NCBI GenBank assembly: GCA_902571095.1 | Contig: CACGAV010000001.1 | Location: forward strand, 84,620-148,619 | Direction of reading: 5' to 3' | DNA: 64,000 nucleotides | DNA from: an uncultured Pelagibacteraceae bacterium | GTDB lineage: Bacteria; Pseudomonadota; Alphaproteobacteria; Pelagibacterales; Pelagibacteraceae | Part shown: in pieces, positions 1 to 9,790 of the stretch | How the letters are laid out: each line of letters opens with the position of its first letter | How positions within the stretch are numbered: the first letter of the stretch is position 1 | Program-made: the position numbers and the translations under genes | The notes under the pieces: generated by a model | The model's database searches: none | What the model was told of the DNA's origin: nothing | Seen by the model: only the letters and a program-made list of their open reading frames with translations

Positions 1-53
1 TTGATAAGCTTGAAGTAGAACTTAAAGAAATTGATAGAACAAATAAAAATTAA
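1..53 (+). CDS. 3' end of an unidentified upstream CDS (partial)
   Basis: Frame 3 is open from the window edge (..DKLEVELKEIDRTNKN*). The stop TAA at 51-53 overlaps the next ATG (TAATG coupling). Too short to identify. Confidence 0.3.
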   Translation, partial: DKLEVELKEIDRTNKN

Positions 54-958
54 TGCAAATTGGAATAGATCTTGGTGCTACTAAAATCGAATATGTTTTG
101 TTAGACAATAATAATAAAGAACTAGAAAGAAATAGATCTGAAACACCAAAAGATATTTCTCAAACAATAAATTTAATAGTTGAAATTATTCAAAAATTAG
201 AAAAAAAATATAGTTCAAAATTTGTTGTTGGTATTTGCCACCCAGGCAATCTTGATAGTTCCTCTGGTTTGATTAAAAATGCCCATAACTCAACATGGCT
301 AAATAATAAAAGTTTAATAAATGAGCTTAAAAAAAAAATCGACAATGATATTTTTTCTGAGAACGACGCAAATTGTTTTAGTTTATCAGAAGCACTAGAT
401 GGAGCAGCAAGACATTATAATTGTGTTTTTGGAATAATCTTAGGATCAGGTTGTGGTGGTGGTTTAGTAATAAATAAAAAAATTGTTTCAGGTGCAAACG
501 GCTTAGGTGGTGAGTGGAGCTTGAATCAAATGCCATTAAAAGAAATAAAGTTTAACATAGATGATAAAAGCCAATTTGATTTTTCCCAAAGAATTGAAGG
601 TTTTCTTTCAGGTAAATCAATAGAAAAAAATTTTAATTTATTATTTAAAAAAAAATTATCTGCTAAAGATATTTTTGCCAAATATAGAACTAAAGATGTT
701 GATGCAGTTAATTTTATTAATGAATATAAAAAAAATTTAGCTAGAAGCTTGGTAATAATAATTACAACAATCGATCCTGATGCCATAGTTTTCGGTGGGG
801 GTGTCTCAAATGAAATAGATTTTTTAGATGAATTAAAAAATATTTCAGCAAAATATTTAAATGAAAAAAATCTTAAAACAGTTTTTCTTAAACCTATATA
901 TGGTGATGCAAGCGGCGTGAGAGGAGCCGCGTTATTAGGGAGGCAAAATTTATTTTAA
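53..958 (+). CDS. ROK-family sugar kinase (Mak/NagK-like), atypical: no CxCGxxGC zinc motif
   Basis: N-terminal IGIDLGATK phosphate-binding motif, plus ENDANC and GSGCGGG motifs. Overall layout parallels E. coli Mak as I remember it. Confidence 0.8.
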   Translation: MQIGIDLGATKIEYVLLDNNNKELERNRSETPKDISQTINLIVEIIQKLEKKYSSKFVVGICHPGNLDSSSGLIKNAHNSTWLNNKSLINELKKKIDNDIFSENDANCFSLSEALDGAARHYNCVFGIILGSGCGGGLVINKKIVSGANGLGGEWSLNQMPLKEIKFNIDDKSQFDFSQRIEGFLSGKSIEKNFNLLFKKKLSAKDIFAKYRTKDVDAVNFINEYKKNLARSLVIIITTIDPDAIVFGGGVSNEIDFLDELKNISAKYLNEKNLKTVFLKPIYGDASGVRGAALLGRQNLF

Positions 959-2107
959 AATTTTATTGACTTCTTTGTTAGAAAATAATTTTGGTATTTG
1001 ACAAGATGTTTTTAAATTTATTCGTTTACCTATTTTTGCTGCGTGCATAATTGATTTAATTATGTCTAACACATGAAGTGAAAGTTCACCATTGCATCTA
1101 TGTTTTTTTTTATTTTGAATACAATACGCCATCTCTGCTAATCCAACTCCTCTATAATTTGCATTTATTGGTGCTTCGTTAGCCCTTAGACTTTTTTGTC
1201 GAATATTTATTTTTCCTAACGGCATTTCATTCGTTTTGTGTTCCTTCCAATAACCACCTAGTTTTTTACATGTAAAAACAGATCCACCAAACATATTTGG
1301 ATCTGGTACTAGAATTGATCCTTTGTCTCCATATAATTCAATATGGTTTCTATGATGTGCAATTACGTCAAAAGATAGAGTAAACCTTATTATTGTTTTA
1401 TTTTTAAAAAATATTGTTCCAAGATAAGTAGTTGGACAAAGTACCTTTATAGATTTTCCTTTCCTAGGACCAATACCAATTACCCTTTTTTTCTTATTCC
1501 ACATCAAACTTCCCCAAACTTGTTTGGCAGGACCAAGCAAATTCACTAATGCTGTTAAATAATATGGACCCATATCGATAACTGGACCACCTTCTTTTTT
1601 TGCAAACCAAGGTTCTGGATTTGGATGATAAGATTGAACTCCAGGATAAGCAAAAATAATATTTCCTAAGATAATTTTACCGATTAGATTTTTTTCTATT
1701 AATTCTTTTGATTTTTGATTTCCTCCACCAAGAAAAGTATCTGGGGCGTTACCAATATATAATTTTTTTCTTTTTGCAATTTTTACTAATTCTTTTCCGT
1801 CCTCGACATCAATAGCCATGGGTTTTTCTGTATAAACGTGTTTATTATTTAAAAGCGCTTTTTTTGAAACTTCAAAATGTGCTTTTGGTATTGTAAGATT
1901 TAAAATTATTTCAATTTCTTTATCTTTAAGAATATCTTTAACGCTAACTGCACTTATTTTATAAACAGATGCACATTTTTTTGCTGCTGAGTGTTCAATA
2001 TCGGCACATTTAATAATTCTAAAATTATTAAAGTATTTATGGCCCCTGAAATAAGTTTCGGCTATATGGCCACAACCAATAAGACCGACTTTGAATACTT
2101 TTTGCAT
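950..2107 (-). CDS. Gfo/Idh/MocA-family NAD(P)-dependent oxidoreductase (inositol/sugar dehydrogenase-like)
   Basis: N-terminal Rossmann motif VGLIGCGHIA and the family EKP motif (YTEKPMA). 385 aa, adjacent to iolD. Confidence 0.85.
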   Translation of the reverse strand: MQKVFKVGLIGCGHIAETYFRGHKYFNNFRIIKCADIEHSAAKKCASVYKISAVSVKDILKDKEIEIILNLTIPKAHFEVSKKALLNNKHVYTEKPMAIDVEDGKELVKIAKRKKLYIGNAPDTFLGGGNQKSKELIEKNLIGKIILGNIIFAYPGVQSYHPNPEPWFAKKEGGPVIDMGPYYLTALVNLLGPAKQVWGSLMWNKKKRVIGIGPRKGKSIKVLCPTTYLGTIFFKNKTIIRFTLSFDVIAHHRNHIELYGDKGSILVPDPNMFGGSVFTCKKLGGYWKEHKTNEMPLGKINIRQKSLRANEAPINANYRGVGLAEMAYCIQNKKKHRCNGELSLHVLDIIKSIMHAAKIGKRINLKTSCQIPKLFSNKEVNKILK

Positions 2108-2112
2108 TTAAA

Positions 2113-3957
2113 TCAAACACCTTGTCTTTGTTTAGACTTGCCTTCAAGATGTTCTTTTAGAGCTTTTTCATTCTCTTTTGTTGAAGTTTTCTGCAAAGTA
2201 GGGCTCTCCCAATAAGCTGATCCCTCTAACCATTGATAACCATCAGTTTTAATTGAAATTACGTAAGTAGATTTAGATTTTTTTGCCCTTACGAAAGCAG
2301 CCTCAAGATCACTTACAGAACTTACATTTTCACCAGTTGCTCCTAAGCTTTCTGCATGCTTTGCAAAATCTATATTTTTAATATTTTCAACTTTAGAACT
2401 TTCAAATAAGCAATTAAATTCTTTACCGCCTTTATAAAGCTGCAAACGGTTTATAACAGCATGACCTCCATTATCACAAACAATTATAATTAATTTATGA
2501 TTTGTAATTACAGAACTATAAATATCAGAATTATACAACAGGTAAGAACCATCACCAACGAATGCAATTACTTCTTTTTTAGGATTTGCCATTTTAATTC
2601 CTAATGCTCCTGAAATTTCATAACTCATGCAACTGAAGCCCCATTCAGTTTCATGAGTGTTAAGTTCTCTTGGTCTCCAGACTTGTAGAACTTCACCAAC
2701 CAAACCACCTGCAGCTGTTACAGCAATATCAGATGGGTCTGACTTTCTATAAATTGCTCCGGCCACATGTGCATAGGATGGCAATTTTTGATTTGTAGGA
2801 CCACTTTCTTTATCTAAATAATTATTCCATGAATTTAGTGCTTCTCTTGATTTTTTATACCAATCATCTGGTGCTCGCCAATTACCTAAAGCAGTTGAAA
2901 GATCCAAAAGTGAAACTTTTGCGTCACCAACTACAGATTCCGCCATGTGTTTATTTGCATCAAATCTAGAAACATTTATTGAAACCAATTTAAAATTTGG
3001 ATTTTCAAAATTTGACCAAGATCCGGTTGTGAAGTCAGCTAACTTAGTTCCGATAGCTATTGCCATATCTGTTTGTTTCATAAAATTATTTGTAGCCTTA
3101 CCTCCAAAACCACCGATTGCTCCTAAAAAATATGGATCATCTTTTTTCATTGTTGAATAGCCCATTACAGTTTGAGCAGTTGGAATATTATGTTTTTTTG
3201 CAAATTCACTTAATTCTTTCATCGCATCAGAATAAAAAACACCCCCACCTGAAATAATGATTGGATTTTTGGATTTTTTGATTGTTTCCACGGCTTTTTT
3301 TATTTGATAATCATCTGGCCTTGGTCTTCTTATTGAATAAACTTTTTCTTTAAAAAATTCATCAGGATATTCAAAAACTTCACCCTGCACATCTTGTGAT
3401 AAAGAAATACACGCAGGTCCACAATCAGCAGGATCAATCATTGTTTGAATAGCATTTGGTAAAGACTGCAAAATTTGTTCAGGTCTTGTTATTCTATCAA
3501 AGTATCTAGTTACATATTTAAAAGCATCATTTTGTGTAATATTAGGATTGTTAAAATGCTCAACTTGTTGCAGAACTGGATCGGGCATTCTATTAGCATA
3601 CGTATCCCCAGGTAAAAAAAGTATTGGCAATCTATTGCTCATTGCTACTGCAGCAGCTGTCAATAGATTGGTTGATCCAGGGCCAACAGAACTAGTAGCC
3701 ACAAAAATTTGTTTTCTTCGTTTCGCTCTAGCATAAGCTATTCCTGTTAAAGCCATATTTTGTTCATGGTGACCTCTCCAAGTTGGAAGGTCTTTTTTAT
3801 TTTCTTCTAGAGCTTGCCCAAGACACGCCACATTTCCATGTCCAAAAATTCCAAAAGCGCCTGCAAACAGAGGTAATTTCTTACCATCGACTAATATTTT
3901 TTGTGATATTAGATATTTCACAATAGCGTGTGCACAAGTTAGTTGAATTTTTTTCAT
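2113..3957 (-). CDS. iolD: 3D-(3,5/4)-trihydroxycyclohexane-1,2-dione acylhydrolase (IolD, ThDP-dependent)
   Basis: 614 aa. Strong resemblance along the whole length to B. subtilis IolD as recalled (FGHGNV, SSVGPG, DPVLQQ, DRITRPEQ, ISLSQDVQGE, GDGSYL). Confidence 0.85.
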   Translation of the reverse strand: MKKIQLTCAHAIVKYLISQKILVDGKKLPLFAGAFGIFGHGNVACLGQALEENKKDLPTWRGHHEQNMALTGIAYARAKRRKQIFVATSSVGPGSTNLLTAAAVAMSNRLPILFLPGDTYANRMPDPVLQQVEHFNNPNITQNDAFKYVTRYFDRITRPEQILQSLPNAIQTMIDPADCGPACISLSQDVQGEVFEYPDEFFKEKVYSIRRPRPDDYQIKKAVETIKKSKNPIIISGGGVFYSDAMKELSEFAKKHNIPTAQTVMGYSTMKKDDPYFLGAIGGFGGKATNNFMKQTDMAIAIGTKLADFTTGSWSNFENPNFKLVSINVSRFDANKHMAESVVGDAKVSLLDLSTALGNWRAPDDWYKKSREALNSWNNYLDKESGPTNQKLPSYAHVAGAIYRKSDPSDIAVTAAGGLVGEVLQVWRPRELNTHETEWGFSCMSYEISGALGIKMANPKKEVIAFVGDGSYLLYNSDIYSSVITNHKLIIIVCDNGGHAVINRLQLYKGGKEFNCLFESSKVENIKNIDFAKHAESLGATGENVSSVSDLEAAFVRAKKSKSTYVISIKTDGYQWLEGSAYWESPTLQKTSTKENEKALKEHLEGKSKQRQGV

Positions 3958-4016
3958 AAATTAATTAAAGTGAACCCTAGGAAATATTGTACTTTTAAGC
4001 AATATAAATTTAAATA

Positions 4017-5459
4017 ATGTATTCAAAATTTGGTCAATTCATAGATGGAAAATGGCAGCCTTCTGAAAAAAAAGAAACATACGACGTTATAAACCCAGCA
4101 ACCGAAGAGCTCATTGGTAAGGCATCAAAAGCAACAAAAGCAGATGTTTTAAAAGCACTTAAATCAGCCGAAAAGGGTTTCCAAGTTTGGAAAAAAACTC
4201 CTGCCTGGAAGAGATCATACAAAATTAGAAAAATAGCTGACTTAATGCGGGAAAGAAAAAAAGAATTAGCAAAATGGTTAGCATTAGAAGTTGGCAAACC
4301 ATTAGTTGAAGGTGAAGGTGAAGTAGGCGGTGGTGCTGATATTTTTGAATGGAACGCAGAAGAAACTAAAAGAATATTTGGTCAAACAGTTGAAAGCAGA
4401 TTTGAAGATACTAGAGTTCAAGTTATTTATCAGCCTGTTGGGGTTGTGGCAGCACTTATACCCTGGAACTTTCCAATCATATTGGCTTCAAGAAAAATCT
4501 CAACAGCATTAGCCGCAGGATGTTCTGTAATTGTAAAACCTGATGTAATAACTCCTGGCGCAGTTATGGAATTAATGAATATTATGAATGACGCAGGTAT
4601 ACCCCCAGGTGTTGTTAATCTTTTATCAGGAGATCCAGAAGAAGTATCAAATGAACTAATCTCTTCAAATATTGTGAAAAAAGTTTCAATAACTGGTTCA
4701 ACAAGAGTAGGAAAACTAATTTTAAAAAAAGCAGCTGACAAAGTTCAAAGAGTTACTATGGAGCTAAGTGGTCATGCACCTTTTATTGTTTTTGAGGATT
4801 CTAATATTGACAAAGTTACTGATATGGCAATTACATCAAAATATAGAAATAATGGCCAAGTGTGTATTTCGCCAAGCCGATTTTATATCCATGAAAGCAA
4901 AAAAAATGAATTTGCAAAAACATTTGTAGAAAAAACTAAAAAACTTAAACTTGGCGATGGAATGAAAGAGGGTGTTAATCTTGGACCGATTACAACAAAA
5001 AAAAGATTGGAAGAAATTGAAAAATTAGTAGAAAAAACAAAAAAAGAGGGCGGAAAAGTTCTTTATGGTGGTAAACGACCAGCAGGATTTAACAAAGGTT
5101 ATTTTTATGAACCTACTATAATTGATAATGTTAAAGATGATTTTACCGTAATGACAGAAGAACCTTTCGGACCAATAACTGCTATAACAACTTTTAAAAA
5201 TTTTGATGAAGTGATAAAAAGAGCAAACAAACATGATTGTGGTTTAGCAGGATATGTTTGTACAAACTCTATGGAAAAAGCATTTAAAGCTTCGGAGCAA
5301 CTAGAAACAGGTGTTGTGGCTGTAAACACCCCGGTAGTTGCCACAGCAGAGACACCTTTCGGCGGTATAAAACAAACTGGATATGGTCGAGAAGGTGGTT
5401 CAGTTGGTATAAAGGATTATTTGAATATTAAATATACTCATCTTGGCCTTTCTGGTTAA
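4017..5459 (+). CDS. NAD(P)+-dependent aldehyde dehydrogenase (succinate-semialdehyde/dioxovalerate DH-like)
   Basis: ALDH motifs PWNFP, catalytic Glu context MELSGHAP, catalytic Cys context GQVCISPSR, EEPFGP. 480 aa. Confidence 0.9.
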   Translation: MYSKFGQFIDGKWQPSEKKETYDVINPATEELIGKASKATKADVLKALKSAEKGFQVWKKTPAWKRSYKIRKIADLMRERKKELAKWLALEVGKPLVEGEGEVGGGADIFEWNAEETKRIFGQTVESRFEDTRVQVIYQPVGVVAALIPWNFPIILASRKISTALAAGCSVIVKPDVITPGAVMELMNIMNDAGIPPGVVNLLSGDPEEVSNELISSNIVKKVSITGSTRVGKLILKKAADKVQRVTMELSGHAPFIVFEDSNIDKVTDMAITSKYRNNGQVCISPSRFYIHESKKNEFAKTFVEKTKKLKLGDGMKEGVNLGPITTKKRLEEIEKLVEKTKKEGGKVLYGGKRPAGFNKGYFYEPTIIDNVKDDFTVMTEEPFGPITAITTFKNFDEVIKRANKHDCGLAGYVCTNSMEKAFKASEQLETGVVAVNTPVVATAETPFGGIKQTGYGREGGSVGIKDYLNIKYTHLGLSG

Positions 5460-5462
5460 TTA

Positions 5463-6251
5463 ATGCGAAAAAATAAATTAAAAAAAATCTTTTCTGAAGG
5501 AAAAGCTGTAATAAATGGGTGGTTACAAATACCTAATTCTTTTTCAGCAGAAGTAATGGCTCATCAAAATTGGGACTCTCTCACGATTGATATGCAACAT
5601 GGTGTAGTTGATTACCCAAATGCATTACAAATGTTACAAGCAATTTCTACTACCGATGTTGTACCAATGGCTAGAGTAAATTGGAATGAGCCTGGCCAAA
5701 TAATGAAAATTCTTGATGCCGGATCATATGGAGTTATATGTCCAATGGTAAGTAATAGAAAAGAGGCTGAAAAGTTTGTACAAGCATGCATGTACCCACC
5801 CAAAGGGTATAGAAGTTTTGGACCAATCAGAGGTCTTTTATATGGTGGACCTGATTACGGAAAATACGCAAATGATGAAATTTTAAAATTTGCGATGATT
5901 GAGACTAAAGAAGCACTAGATAATCTAGACTCTATAATGTCTACACCTGGGCTAAATGGTATTTATATTGGACCAGCAGATCTTAGCTTAGCTATAGGAG
6001 AAGAACCAAGTTTTGATAAACCCGAGGGCGATAAAGTTTATGACACAATAATGAAAATCTTAGAGCACGCTAAAAAAAATAATATAATTGCAGGAATACA
6101 CAATATGAAAGCTAATTATGCTGACAAAATGATAAAAAAAGGTTTTCAACTTGTAACAGTTGGTTCAGATCAAAGATTTATGTCTGCAGGCGCAAAAGAA
6201 GCAGTCGGCAAATTTAAAGATATTAAATCAAAAGAGACAAAAGGATATTAA
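5463..6251 (+). CDS. HpcH/HpaI-family 2-keto-3-deoxy-acid aldolase
   Basis: 262 aa. Family-typical layout (WLQIP.., DMQHG, VNWNEP, GIYIGPADLS). Confidence 0.8.
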   Translation: MRKNKLKKIFSEGKAVINGWLQIPNSFSAEVMAHQNWDSLTIDMQHGVVDYPNALQMLQAISTTDVVPMARVNWNEPGQIMKILDAGSYGVICPMVSNRKEAEKFVQACMYPPKGYRSFGPIRGLLYGGPDYGKYANDEILKFAMIETKEALDNLDSIMSTPGLNGIYIGPADLSLAIGEEPSFDKPEGDKVYDTIMKILEHAKKNNIIAGIHNMKANYADKMIKKGFQLVTVGSDQRFMSAGAKEAVGKFKDIKSKETKGY

Positions 6252-6256
6252 ATAAG

Positions 6257-8392
6257 ATGCCTGGAAAAATTGCGATTCTTCTTCCTTATAAGGATCAATT
6301 TATTAAAGATAACGCAGGTTCCGCATCTATATGGGTGAAAGATTTCTCAAAAAATAGTAGGTATAAAAAAAATACTACTGTTTTTGGTTTTACAAATCAT
6401 ACAAATAAAATCTTTAATAATTTTAAATATATAAATTTAAAGTTTTCCAAATTTGGTATTCAAAGTAATAATCTTCAATATGTAAATAAATTTATTGATG
6501 TTTTAAAAAAAAAAAATTTTTCAATAATAGAAATACATAATAGACCTTCATACATTCTTCATATTGAAAAATATCTTCCTAATAATAAGTACATACTAGT
6601 AATTCACAATAATCCACAATCTTTGCGAGGCGCTGTCACACCAAGAGATCGGAAAAAACTAATTAAAATTTGTAGCAAAATTATTTTTGTAAGTAACTGG
6701 GTAAAAGAAAAATTTTTTGAAGGTTTAGACATCAAAAACCATGAAATTTGTCAGGTTGTTTATCCTTCAATAAACAAGATTAGTAAGCTTCCAAAAAAAG
6801 AAAAACTAATAACTTTTGTCGGTAAATTAAATCATTCCAAAGGTTATGACACTTTTGGAAAAGCTATAATTAAAATACTTAAAAAATATAAGGATTGGAA
6901 AAGCATTGTTATAGGTGATGAACCTAGAGAAAAATATAATTTTAAACACAACAGATTATTTCATTTAGGATGGATTACTCATGATGAAACAATGAATATA
7001 TATAAAAAATCCAGTATTTCCGTTGTGCCATCTCATTGGGAAGAACCCTTCGGCAGAACTTCATTAGAAGCTGCTTCAAGAGGTTGTGCGACAATTCTTT
7101 CAAGAAAGGGCGGTTTACCAGAGACAATACCTTATGGGGTATATTTAAATCGAATTAATCAAAATGAAATTTTTAAAAAAATCAAACTTTTAATAACAAA
7201 TAAAAAATTAAGAGAAGATCTACAAAAAAAATCACTTAACAATGTTTTCCACGAAATTAAAAAAAATACTAAAATTTTAGATTATTTGCGTGATGAAATT
7301 TTTAATGAAAAACATATTTTTATAAACAGAAATTTATCTAACATGAAAATTTTAAATATATCCAATTTTGGTAACAGACAATTCAATAGACTTTACTACA
7401 TATCAATAGCTAAAAAGTTAGCTAATGGTTTTATTAGAAATGGGCATGACGTTATAAATTTAAGTGATAGGGATGTAGGCAAATTTAATAAAAGTTTTAG
7501 AGATTTTAAGGGCAAGAGCTATTTAAATACCATGATATATGAAACTGCAAAAAACTATAAACCAGACCTTATTTTACTCGGTCATTCTTATGATATTGAG
7601 AATGAAACTTTAGAAAAGATAAAGGACTTAAGTAAAAATACAGTTATATCCCAATGGTTCGAAGATCATCTGGCAGATACAGGTCCAGACTTTGATTCTA
7701 ATCGAAAAAAATTACTAAAATACGATAACTTTATAAAATCGAATTTCATAACCACGCATCCATCTACATTAGATTTTTTAAATAAAAAAAATAACTTTCA
7801 TTATCTTCCAATTCCAGTTGACAAAAATATTGAAAAATTAAAAATATATGAAAACAAAAATCAAATCTGCGATGTTTTTTTTTCAATGAGTCATGGGGTA
7901 AATAGAGGAAAATTAAAAAGAGATAAAGTCGATGAGAGGCACAATTTTATAACTGATTTAATAACAGAATGTCCTAATATCATTTTTGATATTTATGGAT
8001 ACAAGAATCGAGAACCTGTCTGGGCAGATGATTTTTATAAAGTTATTGTAAACTCTAAAATGGCGCTTAATCTTACTAGAGGCAAACCACTCAAATATTT
8101 GACTAGCAACAGAATTGCATCGTTAATAGGCAATGGACTTTTAACTTTTATTGACAAAAAAACTAAGCTAAATAACTTTTTTAGCAATAATGAAGTGGTT
8201 TTTTATTCTGGTCTTCAGGATTTAGCAAATAAAATTAATTATTATAAATCAAATGACTCATCAAGAATAAAAATTGCAAAGAATGGAAGAAAAAAATACT
8301 TTGACCTTTTTGAATGTCAAAAGGTTGCTGATTATATTATTTCAAAATCTTTCGATAGAGATGTTCCAAAAATACTGAAATGGATGGAGTAA
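6257..8392 (+). CDS. Two-domain glycosyltransferase: N-terminal GT4/GT1-type plus C-terminal CgeB-like (DUF3880-type) glycosyltransferase
   Basis: N-terminal half carries the GT4 EEPFGRTSLEAASRGCA motif. The C-terminal half (from MKILNISNFG..) has the CgeB-like pattern (..ALNLTRG..NRIASLIGNG..). Confidence 0.8.
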   Translation: MPGKIAILLPYKDQFIKDNAGSASIWVKDFSKNSRYKKNTTVFGFTNHTNKIFNNFKYINLKFSKFGIQSNNLQYVNKFIDVLKKKNFSIIEIHNRPSYILHIEKYLPNNKYILVIHNNPQSLRGAVTPRDRKKLIKICSKIIFVSNWVKEKFFEGLDIKNHEICQVVYPSINKISKLPKKEKLITFVGKLNHSKGYDTFGKAIIKILKKYKDWKSIVIGDEPREKYNFKHNRLFHLGWITHDETMNIYKKSSISVVPSHWEEPFGRTSLEAASRGCATILSRKGGLPETIPYGVYLNRINQNEIFKKIKLLITNKKLREDLQKKSLNNVFHEIKKNTKILDYLRDEIFNEKHIFINRNLSNMKILNISNFGNRQFNRLYYISIAKKLANGFIRNGHDVINLSDRDVGKFNKSFRDFKGKSYLNTMIYETAKNYKPDLILLGHSYDIENETLEKIKDLSKNTVISQWFEDHLADTGPDFDSNRKKLLKYDNFIKSNFITTHPSTLDFLNKKNNFHYLPIPVDKNIEKLKIYENKNQICDVFFSMSHGVNRGKLKRDKVDERHNFITDLITECPNIIFDIYGYKNREPVWADDFYKVIVNSKMALNLTRGKPLKYLTSNRIASLIGNGLLTFIDKKTKLNNFFSNNEVVFYSGLQDLANKINYYKSNDSSRIKIAKNGRKKYFDLFECQKVADYIISKSFDRDVPKILKWME

Positions 8393-8396
8393 TGAA

Positions 8397-8849
8397 ATGA
8401 AAAGTATAAATTCGAAAATTATAAATCTCAAATATGGAAAAGGATGTAAAATTATTAAACCTGTAAATATATATGGGTCCAAATTTGGAAACAATGTTTT
8501 CGTTGGACCTTTTGTTGAGATTCAAAATAATACATTAATAGGAGATAACACTAGAATACAAAGCCATAGTTTTATTTGTTCAAATGTTACAATTGGAAAA
8601 AATTCCTTTATCGGACACGGCGTTATGTTTACTAATGATGATCTAAAAAAAGGTAAAATAACAAGAAATTCAAAATTTTTTAAAAAAACTAAAATAGGAA
8701 ACGATGTTGTGATTGGATCAAACTCAACTTTGTTACCAGTAACAATAACTTCAGGAACTGTAATTGGCGCGGGATCAACAGTTACTAAAAATATAAATGT
8801 AAAAGGTATTTACGCAGGATCACCTGCTAAACTTTTAAGAAAAATTTGA
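8397..8849 (+). CDS. Left-handed beta-helix (hexapeptide) sugar N-acetyltransferase, WbpD/WlbB-like
   Basis: Repeated [LIV]G-x4 hexapeptides (IGDNTRI, IGKNSFI, IGNDVVI, IGAGSTV). 150 aa, located between glycan genes. Confidence 0.8.
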   Translation: MKSINSKIINLKYGKGCKIIKPVNIYGSKFGNNVFVGPFVEIQNNTLIGDNTRIQSHSFICSNVTIGKNSFIGHGVMFTNDDLKKGKITRNSKFFKKTKIGNDVVIGSNSTLLPVTITSGTVIGAGSTVTKNINVKGIYAGSPAKLLRKI

Positions 8850-8851
8850 GT

Positions 8852-9787
8852 ATGAAAAAATTCAAGGTTTCAATTATTGGTTATGGCTACTGGGGGCCAA
8901 AATTAGCTAGAAATTTTCAAAATTCAAATTTCTTCAATTTATTTTCAATAATTGACATATCTAAAAAAAATTTAATGAATGCAAGAAGAGATTTTCCACT
9001 TGCAAAAATTGGAACTGATTACAAACTGTCTTTAAATAAATCTAATATTTCTTTAGTTGTAATTTCAACTCCAACAAAAACTCATTTTAAAATTGCAAAA
9101 TATGCTCTAGAAAAAAAAATTAATGTCTTAGTTGAAAAACCACTTTCACTTTCAATTAAAGAGGTAAAAATTCTTGAAAATCTTGCTAAAATAAATAAAG
9201 TTCTTTTATTTGTAGATTACCCTTTCTTATTTTCGGGTTCTGTAAAGTATATAAAAAAATTAATTGATAAAAAAAAATTTGGTAATCTAATAGAAATTGA
9301 GTCTTTTAGAGAACAGGCCCCTATTAGGAAAGATTGCAATGTAGTTTGGGATTTGACAGTGCATGATATTTCCATATTACATTTTCTCTTAAACAGAATA
9401 CCATACAGATATGAGTCACGTAAATTTAAAACAGTAAGCAAAAATCAAGCAGACACAGCCTATCTAAGTTTATCATATAAAAATAATATTAATGTTTTTT
9501 TAAAAAATACCTGGATTTCACCTTCAAAAATAAGGCTAATAAAATTTAAATTTAAGAAGGCTATTGTTTATTGTGATGAAAATGAACCGATTTATAAAAT
9601 TAAAATTTTTAAAAAGAAACGGGTAAATAATAATGAATATAATCTAGAGGTGCCAGATTTAGATTTAAGTGAACCACTATCTGTTCTAGTAAATTATATT
9701 TACAAGTCTTTAAGTGATAAAAGAAATAATATATTTAATAATAATCTAAATTTAAATATAACTAAAATATTAAAAAAATTATGTTAA
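8852..9787 (+). CDS. Gfo/Idh/MocA-family sugar-nucleotide oxidoreductase, WbpB/WlbA-like
   Basis: Rossmann motif VSIIGYGYWG and EKP motif (LVEKPLS). The track ORF starts at TTG 8846; the ATG at 8852 is preferred. Confidence 0.8.
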   Translation: MKKFKVSIIGYGYWGPKLARNFQNSNFFNLFSIIDISKKNLMNARRDFPLAKIGTDYKLSLNKSNISLVVISTPTKTHFKIAKYALEKKINVLVEKPLSLSIKEVKILENLAKINKVLLFVDYPFLFSGSVKYIKKLIDKKKFGNLIEIESFREQAPIRKDCNVVWDLTVHDISILHFLLNRIPYRYESRKFKTVSKNQADTAYLSLSYKNNINVFLKNTWISPSKIRLIKFKFKKAIVYCDENEPIYKIKIFKKKRVNNNEYNLEVPDLDLSEPLSVLVNYIYKSLSDKRNNIFNNNLNLNITKILKKLC

Positions 9788-9790
9788 TTT

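Noticed and set aside
6505-6516. An A12 homopolymer inside the fused glycosyltransferase, considered as a possible phase-variation (slipped-strand) switch.
   Set aside because: Equally long runs occur in essential genes (for example T13 at 33706-33718 in tmk and A10 in the ROK kinase). They encode Lys or Phe runs, so they reflect genome composition rather than a contingency locus.
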